NCBI GenBank assembly: GCA_046301955.1
Contig: JBKCJE010000076.1
Span: 2,902 to 66,901, forward strand
Origin: Bacteroidota bacterium
GTDB taxonomy: Bacteria; Bacteroidota; Bacteroidia; NS11-12g; UBA955
Reading direction: 5' to 3'
Length of the DNA stretch: 64,000 nucleotides
Shown here: in pieces, positions 1 to 10,139 of the stretch
Layout: each line of letters opens with the position of its first letter
How positions within the stretch are numbered: the first letter of the stretch is position 1
Program-made: the position numbers and the translations under genes
The notes under the pieces: generated by a model
Databases searched by the model: none
Told to the model about the DNA's origin: nothing
Seen by the model: only the letters and a program-made list of their open reading frames with translations

Positions 1-146
1 TGGACGGAATTTTTCAGGACCGATTTACTACTTGGGTTTTACCGCGTTTCCATGGACCTTTTACGAGGATGTTCGAAGGAAAGCGAACAAGCACGGCATG
101 AATTTGCCTTAACGCAAGACGGTATCCTGCAGTCAATGGCTCGTTA

Positions 147-1973
147 TTACTTTTTCTCAGCAGCGGCCTTTTGGGCGCGTTCTTCGTCGAGGTGTTTCAA
201 GAACTCTACCATTTTGTCTACATCGATGCGGTTGGCCACGATTTTGCGGTCGGCATCCAATACATAAATGGTGGGAGAGGCCACAACGTAGTAACTATAC
301 AACGCATCGGCGTATTTCTGGCTTTGAACTTCCCCTCGAATGAGGTGAGTGAGGGCTTGGGTCTCAGGGTGTGAGTTGTAATACTCTTCCCATTCTTTCT
401 TCTTGTCGCCGCTAGAAAGCGCAATGACTTTCCATCCTTTGTCTTTGTTTTCTTGGTCGATTTTGGCCAATTTCGGCATCACTTCTTTGCAATGTCCGCA
501 GGTTGGGTCCCAAAAAATCATCACTACATAGGGACCGCGGATCTTTTGGGTGTTTACCCAGTTGCCTTTGATGTCTTTGAGTTCGAGCTCAGGGGCGGTT
601 TCACCAATGAGTGTGTGGGCTCTTCGGAAGGCATTTTCACACATTTTTGTGATGGTTGCACTGTCAACCCACCAGCTCTTACCTTGGCAGTAGGTGCTCA
701 TCGCCATGCGAACAAAAGCGCGATCCAGACCCATAATATTGGAACTTTCGAAGCGATTGGTGAGGTACCAAATGAGGTATTTCTCCATTTCGATGGTGTT
801 CTTACATTGGTTTAGCAGCTTGTCGGCCACCATCATACAGGTGTCGGCATCTGGCACGATGATTTTATCGAAATAGAAGTCAAGGCGTTGTTTAACGATG
901 TTTACGGGCATTCTAAGCAAGCCGTCATCGCCAAAATCCATGTGGTCGAGGTAGTGATTTTTGTACCAACGAAGGGGGAAGGTGCTGTCTTTGGTTCCAT
1001 CGGGCAGTACTGGGAAAACTTCGGGGTAGGGCACATTGATCATGGCTACCAAAAATTTGGAAAGCAAATGACCGGGGTATTTGAGAATGTAGGCAGAATC
1101 GTAGTTGCCTTTTTCGTTCAGATAGCGATCACGGAGGTTATTCAGGGAATCTTTGGTGTTTTGGGGTGCCATTGAATCGGCTTCGATGACTTGGTCAATG
1201 GCCATGAGTTTTTCAATGACGGCCACCTTGCCTTTTTGGTATTCCAAGAAGGCAGCATTTTCAACAGAGCCACTTACCGACATGCTCTTATAGTAATCAC
1301 GGGTACTCCAAGCAGTATCAAAATCGATTTGGAAATCGAGGTCGTCGTCGACAATGAATTCGAAGTAGTCGCGCTTTTTTGGAAACACGAACAAATACAT
1401 ACCGCGTTGTAATTTCTTGGTACCGATGAAATTGGCAACACCATTTTTATCGATGACGGCGGTATCGCGGAGATATTTTCCACCAATGTTGTGGTCGGCC
1501 AGATACACGGTATCGCCGGCGTAGATGTTGGTGATTTTGGGTGTGGCTTTGGGTGGGGTGATGGTTTTGAAGCGGAAGCGGATGCTATAGTTTCCGGGTT
1601 CACGACCGTCCCATGCGGGGGCACTTTTGATATTGGGGTAATTGCCGAACACGTTGGGTTTTACGGGTGCGGTTCGGGTGTAGGGGATGAATTTGAGTTT
1701 GGATTGTAACTGTTGATTGAGTGCTTCTTCAGTAACGGCACCATTTTGGGGCAATGCTTGCAAGCTATTTGGCGATTGGATGCTTTTGGTATCTACGAGC
1801 ACTGATTCAGTGGGTGCTGATTCAGTGGGCACTGCAATGGTTTGTTCTTTGCCTTTTTGCTTATTTTTCCCTTTTTGTGCATTCAGGGGAAGCGAGCCGC
1901 CGCAGGCGGCGAGCAGGATGGCGAAGCAGGAAATACGGATAATCGACCAGTTGCGCGTAAAATTCATTTTCAT
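147..1973 (-). CDS. Thioredoxin-fold thiol:disulfide oxidoreductase lipoprotein (TlpA/ResA-like C-terminal domain)
   Basis: Track ORF 147..2312 trimmed to the ATG at 1973. MKMNFTRNWSIIRISCFAILLAACGG gives a signal peptide plus lipobox Cys. The C-terminal FWDPTCGHCKEVMPKL is a CxxC thioredoxin motif. The discarded 5' extension overlaps the divergent ATL gene. Confidence 0.75.
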   Translation of the reverse strand: MKMNFTRNWSIIRISCFAILLAACGGSLPLNAQKGKNKQKGKEQTIAVPTESAPTESVLVDTKSIQSPNSLQALPQNGAVTEEALNQQLQSKLKFIPYTRTAPVKPNVFGNYPNIKSAPAWDGREPGNYSIRFRFKTITPPKATPKITNIYAGDTVYLADHNIGGKYLRDTAVIDKNGVANFIGTKKLQRGMYLFVFPKKRDYFEFIVDDDLDFQIDFDTAWSTRDYYKSMSVSGSVENAAFLEYQKGKVAVIEKLMAIDQVIEADSMAPQNTKDSLNNLRDRYLNEKGNYDSAYILKYPGHLLSKFLVAMINVPYPEVFPVLPDGTKDSTFPLRWYKNHYLDHMDFGDDGLLRMPVNIVKQRLDFYFDKIIVPDADTCMMVADKLLNQCKNTIEMEKYLIWYLTNRFESSNIMGLDRAFVRMAMSTYCQGKSWWVDSATITKMCENAFRRAHTLIGETAPELELKDIKGNWVNTQKIRGPYVVMIFWDPTCGHCKEVMPKLAKIDQENKDKGWKVIALSSGDKKKEWEEYYNSHPETQALTHLIRGEVQSQKYADALYSYYVVASPTIYVLDADRKIVANRIDVDKMVEFLKHLDEERAQKAAAEKK

Positions 1974-2030
1974 AGTTGTTGCAATCGAGTCCAAAATAGA
2001 CAAATTTTGTTCCAATTTTGTTGTTTGGCG

Positions 2031-2369
2031 ATGAATGGCAATTCTTTTTACGAAAAGGTCTACGAAGTGGTTCGTTTGGTGCCGTCTGGTAGGGTTACCT
2101 CCTATGGTGCCATCGCCAAGTATTTGGGCGCTGCACGCAGCAGCCGATTGGTGGGATGGGCCATGAATGTATCGCACCAAGTTCAACCGCCTGTGCCTGC
2201 GCATCGCGTAGTGAATCGCGTGGGATTGCTCAGCGGCAAAGCCCATTTTGAAGACAGCAATGCCATGGAGGAAAAACTCAAGTCGGAGGGAATTGAGGTT
2301 CTGAACGACCAAATACAGCGTTTTCAGGACGTGTTTTGGGATCCGGAAAAAGAGTTAGACTTTATTTAA
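2031..2369 (+). CDS. MGMT-family DNA-binding protein, alkyltransferase-like (ATL; active-site Cys replaced by Ala)
   Basis: Track ORF 1842..2369 trimmed to ATG 2031 (MNGNSFYEKVYEVV). Carries the Ogt/MGMT C-terminal domain pattern GRVTSYGAIAKYLG...VPAHRVVN. The canonical PCHRV reads PAHRV here. Confidence 0.8.
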   Translation: MNGNSFYEKVYEVVRLVPSGRVTSYGAIAKYLGAARSSRLVGWAMNVSHQVQPPVPAHRVVNRVGLLSGKAHFEDSNAMEEKLKSEGIEVLNDQIQRFQDVFWDPEKELDFI

Positions 2370-3036
2370 ACAAATCCCACCACCATGTGCCTTTGGGGTG
2401 CGGTGCAGTCACAGAAATCGATGGTTGAGCCGATACCACATGGGGTGTAATCAACGTTCTGCTGTGCAATCCAATGGAGCGATCGGGCAGGGGCTCGGTG
2501 GCGCCGTATTTTAAATCGCCCAGTATTGGACAGCCCATTTTGGACAATTGTGCACGGATTTGGTGGAAGCGACCGGTCTCTAGGGTGATTTCATAGAGCG
2601 ACCGACCGGCAAAATTCTTGAGCAATTTGTAGTGTAACACGCCGGGTTTGGTGCCAGGTTTGTGTGAATTGTAAGCGTGTGCACGCTTGGTTTCGCTGTT
2701 CTTTAACAAATGGTGCGTGAGGGTGCCTTCCTCGCCAGGCAGGGCTTTGGTGGTAATAGCATGATAGATTTTGGTGTTTTTCTTGTCGCGGAAAATCTCA
2801 TTCATCCGCGTAAGTGCTTTTGATGTTTTGGCCATAATCACCACGCCGCTCACCGGACGGTCGAGTCGGTGTACCAAACCCACATAGGCCTTCCCCGGCT
2901 TGTTGTACTTTTCAGCGATGTATCGCTCAGCCAAATCCAACAAGTGAATATCGCCCGTTAAATCGCCCTGAACCGCCAATCCGGCAGGTTTGTTAATCAC
3001 CAACAGGTGATTGTCTTCCCATAATACGTCTACCAC
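2362..3036 (-). CDS. RluA-family pseudouridine synthase
   Basis: GTG start at 3036. VINKPAGLAV and HRLDRPVSGVV (catalytic Asp) motifs are present. No S4 domain. Confidence 0.85.
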   Translation of the reverse strand: MVDVLWEDNHLLVINKPAGLAVQGDLTGDIHLLDLAERYIAEKYNKPGKAYVGLVHRLDRPVSGVVIMAKTSKALTRMNEIFRDKKNTKIYHAITTKALPGEEGTLTHHLLKNSETKRAHAYNSHKPGTKPGVLHYKLLKNFAGRSLYEITLETGRFHQIRAQLSKMGCPILGDLKYGATEPLPDRSIGLHSRTLITPHVVSAQPSISVTAPHPKGTWWWDLFK

Positions 3037-3112
3037 AACGCAAAGTTAATACGAAACCCCGCCCCGCTCGTCGTTTTGGTTTCCATTTGCCCTATTTTTG
3101 CATCTTTCGTCC

Positions 3113-4483
3113 ATGCAAAATCCCTTTTCCGTCTATAAAGTCCAAATTGCAGAAACCCTGAAGTTGGCTTATCCCATCATTTTGGGACAATTGGGCATTA
3201 TTTTGATGGGTGTTGCCGACACGTTGATGGTAGGTCCGCTCGGATCCGAGGTATTGGCCAGCGCGAACCAAGCAAACAACCTGTTTTTTATGGTGAGTGG
3301 TCTTACGTTTGGCGTATTGTTTTCGATTAGTACACTGGTGAGTATCAAGGTTGGGCAGAAGCGTTCTGCCGATGGATTTATCACGTATCGCGCAGGTTTG
3401 GCGGTGGCAGGTATTCTGTTCGTGTTTCAGTATCTGGTATTGCAGGTGTTTGTGTACAATTTCCATTGGTTGGGACAGGATGCGGCAGTCACCCGTATGG
3501 CGCCCGGGCTACTGAATATTTTAAGTTGGAGTATTTTGCCGTTGCTGATTAACGTGGTTACTCGTCAATTTACCGATGGGTTGGGCCACACAAAAATCGC
3601 GATGCTCATTACTTTGGGCGGGTTGGGATTGAATGTGTTGTTGTGTTGGATTTTCATTTACGGACATTGGGGCTTTGAGCCGATGGGTTTAGAAGGGGCT
3701 GGATATGCTACGTTGGTCGCGCGCATTGCGATGGCTTTGGTGGGATTGTGGTATGTGCGATATTCTGCGTTCATGCGCAAGTATGTGCCATCGATCATGC
3801 CAAATTGGGATAAAATCAAGGAAGAAATGCCACATATCTGGAAATTGGGCTTGCCGGTGGCTCTTCAAACGTTCGCGGAGTGGGCATGCTTTGGTCTTTC
3901 CGGGGTGATGGTAGGTTGGTATGGCTCCAAGCAATTGGCGGCCCATGCAGTGGCATTGAACGTAGCCTCGGTAACATATATGGTGGTGAGTGGTATCGCG
4001 ATGGCCGGAGCGATCATTGTGGGCAATTATTATGGAGAGAAAAATCGAAAGCAGATTCGACATGCGGCGCACGCGGTGTTGTTGGTGATAGGTGTGTTTG
4101 AGGTGGTGAATGCGTTGGCGTTTGTGTTTGGCAACCAGGCCATTGCTTCGTTGTATGATGTAAAAGAGGATGTAATGCCTACCATATTGCCGTTGTTTAT
4201 TTTGGCTGCGGTATTCCAATTGGCCGATGGCATCCAGGCCGGTGCGATGAACATGTTGCGCGGCATCAAGGATGTGAATTGGTCTTCCGGTTTGAGTATT
4301 CTCTCTTACTGGGTGATATCATTGCCATTGAGTTATGCATTGGGCGTTTGGCAGAATTGGCAGGTCTATGGCATATGGATTGGGTTTACGGTAGGGTTGT
4401 TTGTGGCAGCGGGCTTGGGGGTTTGGCGATTCTATTCCCACCTAAAAGTGCTCAATTTTGAAGAAGAATCTAGCGTTTCATGA
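3113..4483 (+). CDS. MATE family efflux transporter
   Basis: The track ORF starts at TTG 3098 and the first ATG is at 3113. About 12 hydrophobic helices in a two-fold MATE/NorM-like organisation. The stop overlaps the next start (ATGA at 4480). Confidence 0.85.
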   Translation: MQNPFSVYKVQIAETLKLAYPIILGQLGIILMGVADTLMVGPLGSEVLASANQANNLFFMVSGLTFGVLFSISTLVSIKVGQKRSADGFITYRAGLAVAGILFVFQYLVLQVFVYNFHWLGQDAAVTRMAPGLLNILSWSILPLLINVVTRQFTDGLGHTKIAMLITLGGLGLNVLLCWIFIYGHWGFEPMGLEGAGYATLVARIAMALVGLWYVRYSAFMRKYVPSIMPNWDKIKEEMPHIWKLGLPVALQTFAEWACFGLSGVMVGWYGSKQLAAHAVALNVASVTYMVVSGIAMAGAIIVGNYYGEKNRKQIRHAAHAVLLVIGVFEVVNALAFVFGNQAIASLYDVKEDVMPTILPLFILAAVFQLADGIQAGAMNMLRGIKDVNWSSGLSILSYWVISLPLSYALGVWQNWQVYGIWIGFTVGLFVAAGLGVWRFYSHLKVLNFEEESSVS

Positions 4484-5307
4484 AACAGATAAAACAGTTT
4501 TTGATGTTGGGGGTGATGGTGTGCGTAGCCGCTGTTGATGCCCAAGTTAGCGAGAAAAAGTGGGGCAGTGTATTTACGATATCGGCGACCCCCGCGTGGT
4601 CAACCGGATGGATTACGGCCTATCAGCCAGATTTGCGTGGTGGTTACACAGAGGAACAACTTCGCGATTCATTTTCCCAAGCTGATCGCTCACTGCAAAC
4701 CGTAAACTTGAATTTGGCCTATTCGCGCAAGTTGAATGGCTTTACCAATTTTGTGTTCGGATTGAGTGTTGTGAACACCGGATTTACCCGTGTGAAAGAT
4801 GGTGAGATGTTTAAATATGTGATTCACCCAGACGTGGGTATTTACCCAAATTTGGTACAGGCTGGTTTGATGGAAGTACACTATGAGTTCCGTTCACAAT
4901 ACGCGGGTGCCTTGTTTGCCATTGAAAAGCGTTTGGATGGGGCTCGTTTTCAGATGCAATCGGCCAGTATGTGGTATCAGTTGGGTGTGATGCCGGCATT
5001 ATTGATGCGACAGGATCTACAAATTCATACAGTAGGATTTACCATGCCTCAAGGCAATGATTTTGCTGTGCCGGACTATGTTGCCAGCACCGTAGATACA
5101 GGTGTTGTCCTCACCCGTTCTTCTGCCGTTCGTGCGAATGCTTTCCTCACAGCTTCGATGCGTTTGGAATATAATTTGGATCCAGGGGTGCACATTTTTG
5201 CCTCTCCGAGGGTCATGTTGCCCATCTTGCCCAGTAACAGAGGGGTGCAAACGTATTGGTCGCCCCAGATTGGTGTGGAATTGGGATTGCGCATTCCGCT
5301 CGACTAA
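4480..5307 (+). CDS. Hypothetical secreted / outer-membrane protein
   Basis: ATG overlaps the MATE stop. N-terminal signal peptide (MLGVMVCVAAVDAQ). Beta-strand-like alternating pattern. No family recognised. Confidence 0.5.
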   Translation: MKQIKQFLMLGVMVCVAAVDAQVSEKKWGSVFTISATPAWSTGWITAYQPDLRGGYTEEQLRDSFSQADRSLQTVNLNLAYSRKLNGFTNFVFGLSVVNTGFTRVKDGEMFKYVIHPDVGIYPNLVQAGLMEVHYEFRSQYAGALFAIEKRLDGARFQMQSASMWYQLGVMPALLMRQDLQIHTVGFTMPQGNDFAVPDYVASTVDTGVVLTRSSAVRANAFLTASMRLEYNLDPGVHIFASPRVMLPILPSNRGVQTYWSPQIGVELGLRIPLD

Positions 5308-5337
5308 TATCCTTGTCCTTTTCTTGGTAATAGCGAT

Positions 5338-5376
5338 AAAAATGAGGGGGCGGCCAATGGCCGCCCCCTCATTTTT
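5338..5376. terminator. Bidirectional intrinsic terminator (perfect 18-bp arms, A-tract/T-tract flanks)
   Basis: AAAAATGAGGGGGCGGCC-aat-GGCCGCCCCCTCATTTTT lies between convergent genes (the 4480..5307 ORF on + and sdhB on -). Confidence 0.7.
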
Positions 5377-5398
5377 ATCATCTTGCTATGAATCGAAT

Positions 5399-6154
5399 TT
5401 ATTTGCCGTTCATTTTTGCCAAGATGTATTCGCGGTTCAAATTGGCAATTACACTCAATGGAATTTGCTTTGGACATTCCGCCGCACATGCACCGGTGTT
5501 CGTACAAGCACCGAAGCCCTCAGCATCCATTTGGTTCACCATGGCAACCACGCGGCTTTCGCGCTCTGGCTTACCTTGAGGCAACTTCGACAATTGGGTT
5601 ACTTTCGCACCCACAAACAACATCGCGGAGGCATTCTTGCAAGCGCTCACACACGCACCGCAACCAATACAAGTAGCCGCTTCAAACGCTTCGTCGGCCA
5701 CCTCTTTTGGAATCAATACCGAGTTGGCATCCACCGCGTTACCTGCGTTTGTAGAAATAAATCCACCTGAAGCAATGATGCGGTCAAACGCACTGCGGTT
5801 TACTGTCAAATCCTTGATTACAGGGAATCCATTGGCTCTCCAAGGTTCAACGGTAATGGTGTCACCGTCACTGAAGCTACGCATGTGTAACTGACAGGTG
5901 GTAACGCCTTGCTTCGGTCCGTGAGGACGGCCATCGATGACCATTGAACACATACCGCAAATACCCTCTCTGCAGTCGTGATCAAAAGCTACGGGCTCTT
6001 TCCCTGTTTCAATGAGTTGCTCGTTCAAGACATCGAACATTTCCAAAAAGCTCATATCAGGACTAGCATCCACTTTATATTCTTCAAAGTTACCGGCGCT
6101 GTTGGTGTTTTTTTGGCGCCATACTTTTAGGTTTAATTTCATTAACTTGCTCAT
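5399..6154 (-). CDS. sdhB: Succinate dehydrogenase/fumarate reductase iron-sulfur subunit
   Basis: Cluster motifs CREGICGMC (2Fe-2S), [11 protein letters not shown] (4Fe-4S) and [13 protein letters not shown]. Lies directly downstream of sdhA. Confidence 0.9.
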   Translation of the reverse strand: MSKLMKLNLKVWRQKNTNSAGNFEEYKVDASPDMSFLEMFDVLNEQLIETGKEPVAFDHDCREGICGMCSMVIDGRPHGPKQGVTTCQLHMRSFSDGDTITVEPWRANGFPVIKDLTVNRSAFDRIIASGGFISTNAGNAVDANSVLIPKEVADEAFEAATCIGCGACVSACKNASAMLFVGAKVTQLSKLPQGKPERESRVVAMVNQMDAEGFGACTNTGACAAECPKQIPLSVIANLNREYILAKMNGK

Positions 6155-6172
6155 AACCTTTTTGTTATTGGA

Positions 6173-8149
6173 TTATTTGTAACTGCGTTGTTGGATTTTG
6201 ATGTTTTCGTATTTCAACTCGTCTTTGTGAAGTTCCCATGACGCGCCTTTGTTTTCCCAAGCGGCAACATACATGAATTTTTCATCGTCGCGCAAGGCTT
6301 CACCTTCCTCGGTTTGATATTCTTCGCGGAAGTGACCTCCACAGCTTTCGTTGCGGTCTAGTGCATCAACACACATCAATTCGCCCAATTCAAGGAAGTC
6401 GGCAACGCGACCTGCCTTGTCTAATTCGGGGTTGAATTCGTTGATTGATCCTGGGATACGAACGTTTTTGTAGAAATCTGCACGGAGGGCTTGAATTTCG
6501 GCAATGGCCTCTTTCAATCCTTTTTCGCTGCGGGCCATACCACACTTGTTCCACATGATCAATCCCAATTCGCGGTGGTAGCTTTCTACGCTACGGGTCC
6601 CTTGAATGTTCATCAACTGTTGGATGCGGTCGTGAGCCGCTTTTTCGGCAGCCACAAATGCTTCGTGGTCGGTAGAGATGGGCTTGGTATGAATTTCTTT
6701 GCTCAAGTAGTTACCAATGGTGATAGGAATCACAAAATAACCATCGGCCAAACCTTGCATCAAAGCAGAAGCTCCCAAGCGGTTGGCACCGTGGTCTGAG
6801 AAGTTGGCTTCTCCCAAGGCGTACATGCCTGGTACGTTGGTCATCAAATCATAGTCTACCCACAAACCACCCATGGTATAGTGCACTGCAGGGTAAATAC
6901 GCATTGGCACTTCATATGGATCTTCATCGGTGATCTGCTTGTACATATCGAACAAGTTTCCGTACTTTTCTTTGACAACTTCTTTACCTAGACGCATCAA
7001 GGTTTCGTCGTCTGGGTTGGCGATATTCAATTTGCTGGCTTCGGTTCTGCCATATTTCTGCATCATGTTGTATTTGAAATCCAAATACACGGCCATTTTG
7101 CTTTGGCCTACGCCATAGCCGGCATCGCAACGTTCTTTGGCTGCACGCGAAGCAATATCGCGTGGTACCAAGTTTCCGAAGGCAGGGTAGCGACGCTCGA
7201 GGTAGTAATCGCGTTCGTCTTCTGGAATATTGTTGGGGTGACGGTCGTCGTTTTGTTTTTTAGGAACCCAAATTCGTCCATCGTTACGCAGCGATTCACT
7301 CATCAATGTCAATTTGGATTGATAGTGTCCTGAAACGGGAATACAAGTTGGGTGGATTTGGGTGAAGCAGGGGTTGGCAAAATACGCACCCGCTTTATGG
7401 GCTTTCCAAGCAGCGGTTACGTTGCTACCCATCGCGTTGGTTGACAAGTAGAATACGTTGCCATATCCGCCGGTACATAATAACACCGCATGGCCGAAAT
7501 GTCGTTCTAGTTCTCCGGTTACGAGGTTCCTTGCGATAATTCCACGGGCTTTGCCATCAATTTTTACCACTTCGATCATTTCGTGGCGCGCATACATTTT
7601 TACATTGCCCAATCCAACTTGACGCTCTAAGCCGCTGTAGGCACCCAACAACAACTGTTGTCCTGTTTGTCCGGCCGCGTAGAAAGTGCGTTGAACTTGT
7701 GTACCACCGAAAGAACGGTTTGAAAGGGTTCCGCCATATTCACGGGCAAAGGGAACACCTTGGGCTACACATTGGTCAATGATCGAGGTAGAACACTCAG
7801 CCAAGCGATGCACATTGGCTTCGCGAGATCTGTAATCGCCTCCTTTGATGGTATCGTAGAACAAACGGTACACTGAGTCACCGTCGTTTTGGTAGTTTTT
7901 GGCGGCATTGATACCCCCTTGGGCAGCAATAGAGTGGGCGCGGCGGGGGCTATCTTGGAAGCAGAAGGCTTTAACTTTATAGCCCATTTCTGCTAGGGTA
8001 GCGGCTGCGCTGGCACCGGCCAAACCGGTACCCACCACGATGATTTCCAACTGTCTTTTATTGGCGGGGTTTACCAAAGGAACCGTGCTTTTGTACTGGG
8101 TCCATTTGGTGGCTATGTCGCCGGCTGGGATTTTTGATTCGAGTGTCAT
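6173..8149 (-). CDS. sdhA: Succinate dehydrogenase/fumarate reductase flavoprotein subunit
   Basis: FAD-binding [36 protein letters not shown] carries the covalent-FAD His. [10 protein letters not shown] is present. 658 aa. Confidence 0.95.
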   Translation of the reverse strand: MTLESKIPAGDIATKWTQYKSTVPLVNPANKRQLEIIVVGTGLAGASAAATLAEMGYKVKAFCFQDSPRRAHSIAAQGGINAAKNYQNDGDSVYRLFYDTIKGGDYRSREANVHRLAECSTSIIDQCVAQGVPFAREYGGTLSNRSFGGTQVQRTFYAAGQTGQQLLLGAYSGLERQVGLGNVKMYARHEMIEVVKIDGKARGIIARNLVTGELERHFGHAVLLCTGGYGNVFYLSTNAMGSNVTAAWKAHKAGAYFANPCFTQIHPTCIPVSGHYQSKLTLMSESLRNDGRIWVPKKQNDDRHPNNIPEDERDYYLERRYPAFGNLVPRDIASRAAKERCDAGYGVGQSKMAVYLDFKYNMMQKYGRTEASKLNIANPDDETLMRLGKEVVKEKYGNLFDMYKQITDEDPYEVPMRIYPAVHYTMGGLWVDYDLMTNVPGMYALGEANFSDHGANRLGASALMQGLADGYFVIPITIGNYLSKEIHTKPISTDHEAFVAAEKAAHDRIQQLMNIQGTRSVESYHRELGLIMWNKCGMARSEKGLKEAIAEIQALRADFYKNVRIPGSINEFNPELDKAGRVADFLELGELMCVDALDRNESCGGHFREEYQTEEGEALRDDEKFMYVAAWENKGASWELHKDELKYENIKIQQRSYK

Positions 8150-8170
8150 GGTATTTTGATAAACGATGGG

Positions 8171-8845
8171 TTATTGAATCCAGCCCAAGTGCATGGCAAT
8201 GGGCATGGCCGCAAATACGAGTGGAACAAGGATTGAAAAGCCAACACCAATGCTTTGGATGATGGGGCTGTAGGCGGGGTGGTTAATGCCCAACGATTGG
8301 AAAGCACTTTGGAAGCCGTGCAACAAGTGGTAGGCCAAGCTGATGCAACCAATTACGTAAACAAACACAGGAAGGGGGTCTTTAAACACGACCACCATTT
8401 CATCGAACAGGGTAGAACCTGCAGTTTCTTGAATGGCATCGGTGAAACGAGAAACAACCCAGAAGTGCTTGAGGTGCATCACCAAGAAAATAAGGAGAAG
8501 ACTTCCCAAAATACCCATTGAGCGAGAGTACCATTTGCTGTTGGCATTGCCGGCGCTCGCACCGTATTTGCTGTTTCGCTTTTGGTTGTTCGAAGCGGTA
8601 AGGCTGAGGCCTTGTACGATGTGAATCAGCAGACCAAGGAACAAACCAATTTCCGCACTGCGGATAAGCCAGTTGTGTGCCATGAATTCTGCAGCATGGT
8701 TAAATGTTTCGCCACCGTCGTTAAAGAAAATACAGGCGTTGATACCAGCGTGTACCAACAAAAAAGCCACCAAGGATAAACCGGTGACTGCCATAAGTAC
8801 TTTCCGACCGATACTTGAAGTAAATAGGAAGGAGAGAAGTTTCAT
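8171..8845 (-). CDS. sdhC: Succinate dehydrogenase cytochrome b subunit (b558 family)
   Basis: First gene of the sdhCAB arrangement. Five hydrophobic helices with conserved His residues. 224 aa, as in the Bacteroidota/Bacillus type. Confidence 0.8.
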   Translation of the reverse strand: MKLLSFLFTSSIGRKVLMAVTGLSLVAFLLVHAGINACIFFNDGGETFNHAAEFMAHNWLIRSAEIGLFLGLLIHIVQGLSLTASNNQKRNSKYGASAGNANSKWYSRSMGILGSLLLIFLVMHLKHFWVVSRFTDAIQETAGSTLFDEMVVVFKDPLPVFVYVIGCISLAYHLLHGFQSAFQSLGINHPAYSPIIQSIGVGFSILVPLVFAAMPIAMHLGWIQ

Positions 8846-8858
8846 AAATTGCTAATTG

Positions 8859-9458
8859 CTATTTCTTGGATATTTGCAAAGATACGGAGAATTTTTTCAA
8901 GTATTTCCCTAGGATATCGAACTCTAAGTTAACAGCATCGCCCGTTTTGAGTTTGGAGAGGTTTGTGTGTTCCCAAGTGTAAGGAATGATGGCTACGCTA
9001 AAGGCGTCGGGAAAGCTGTCTACAACGGTCAAACTTATACCATTTACGCAAATGGATCCTTTATTCACGGTGATTCCAGCATCTTGGGGATGGGCGATGA
9101 AAATCATCCAACTTCCATCCAAGTCATGGATTTCATCTACAGTTCCTACACAATCTACATGACCTTGAACAATGTGTCCGTCGAATCTGCCGTGTGCTGG
9201 CATGCATCGCTCCACATTGACCAAGTCGTTGACATGCCAATGGTTGAGGTTGGTGCGTTGAAGTGTTTCATCGATCGCGGTTACCCAGTATCCGTTGTTA
9301 TCAATTTTGGTAACGGTCAAACATACCCCATTGTGGGCCACGCTTTGGTCTACTTTTAACTCGTTTTGGAAAAGTGATGAAAGGCGAAAGTGCACATTGG
9401 ATTGGTCTTTCACAATCTCCTCAACCTTCGCTTGCTGTTCGATAATACCCGTAAACAT
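8859..9458 (-). CDS. ribE: Riboflavin synthase (alpha chain)
   Basis: MFTGIIE N-terminus. Two lumazine-binding repeats (VAHNGVCLTV and GSICVNGISLTV). 199 aa. Confidence 0.9.
   Translation of the reverse strand: MFTGIIEQQAKVEEIVKDQSNVHFRLSSLFQNELKVDQSVAHNGVCLTVTKIDNNGYWVTAIDETLQRTNLNHWHVNDLVNVERCMPAHGRFDGHIVQGHVDCVGTVDEIHDLDGSWMIFIAHPQDAGITVNKGSICVNGISLTVVDSFPDAFSVAIIPYTWEHTNLSKLKTGDAVNLEFDILGKYLKKFSVSLQISKK
8877..8884 (-). promoter_or_regulatory. Bacteroidota -7 promoter box TATCTTTG (TAnnTTTG) for sdhCAB
   Basis: The minus-strand motif sits 31 nt upstream of the sdhC ATG, inside the last codons of ribE. Confidence 0.4.
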
Positions 9459-9563
9459 TTCCTCGCTCCTTATGACAAAGAAACGACATTCGGGTGAAAA
9501 GGTTCATATGACAATATGACATTTTACCATTTGTGGCAATAAAATTGAGTTTGGAGAGAGGCT

Positions 9564-10133
9564 ATGTCAAAGAACAAAGTGAAATCAGAAGCAGAAGAAC
9601 CAATGGATGGCGTGGAAAACACCGTTGAACAAACCACAGAGGATACCCAGAACGAGGCTACGAGTACCGAAGAAGCAACCGCTGCGGATACCGATTTACA
9701 AGGACAATTGCAGCAGGAGCGCGACAAGTATCTTCGCTTGTACAGTGAGTTTGAGAATTTCCGCAGAAGAACCACCAAAGACCGTTTGGATTGGATGCAA
9801 ACCGCTTCAAAGGATGTATTGGTAAACATGCTGCCCGTGGTAGATGACTTTGAGCGTGCATTGAAAGCCGCTGAAAACCTGTCAGAGACTGAAAAAAAGG
9901 CAGTAGAAGGGTTTGATTTGATTCATAAAAAATTGGTGGGAATTTTTACCAAAGTGGGATTGAAGCCCATGGAGTCTATAGGTCAAGTTTTTGACGCCGA
10001 AATCCATGAGGCCATTACACAATTCGCAGCGCCCACGGAGGACATGAAAGGCAAGGTGATCGACGAGGTTGAAAAGGGGTATTATTTGAACGATAAAGTC
10101 ATTCGATTCGCGAAAGTGGTCGTAGGAAATTAA
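9564..10133 (+). CDS. grpE: Nucleotide exchange factor GrpE
   Basis: Acidic N-terminus, coiled-coil (LRLYSEFENFRRRT) and a C-terminal GrpE beta domain. Lies immediately upstream of dnaJ. Confidence 0.9.
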   Translation: MSKNKVKSEAEEPMDGVENTVEQTTEDTQNEATSTEEATAADTDLQGQLQQERDKYLRLYSEFENFRRRTTKDRLDWMQTASKDVLVNMLPVVDDFERALKAAENLSETEKKAVEGFDLIHKKLVGIFTKVGLKPMESIGQVFDAEIHEAITQFAAPTEDMKGKVIDEVEKGYYLNDKVIRFAKVVVGN

Positions 10134-10139
10134 TGCAAT

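Noticed and set aside
1-267. A possible partial gene at the left edge. Frame 1 is open from 1 to 267, and frame 2 ends at 112 with ...KANKHGMNLP.
   Set aside because: It is too short to recognise any family. Frame 1 would overlap the thioredoxin lipoprotein gene by 120 nt. I cannot decide between the frames without upstream sequence.
1802-1831. An imperfect 15-bp tandem repeat in the thioredoxin lipoprotein gene.
   Set aside because: It is an in-frame duplication encoding PTESA-PTES in the disordered linker after the lipobox, which is ordinary linker expansion.
1974-2312. The N-terminal 113-aa extension of track ORF 147..2312.
   Set aside because: It overlaps the divergent ATL gene in antisense. 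The internal ATG at 1973 gives a perfect lipoprotein signal peptide.
9506-9521. The tandem ATATGACA ATATGACA upstream of grpE, considered as a heat-shock operator.
   Set aside because: It is only 16 nt with no dyad symmetry and no resemblance to CIRCE or other known heat-shock elements. I cannot support it from a single copy.
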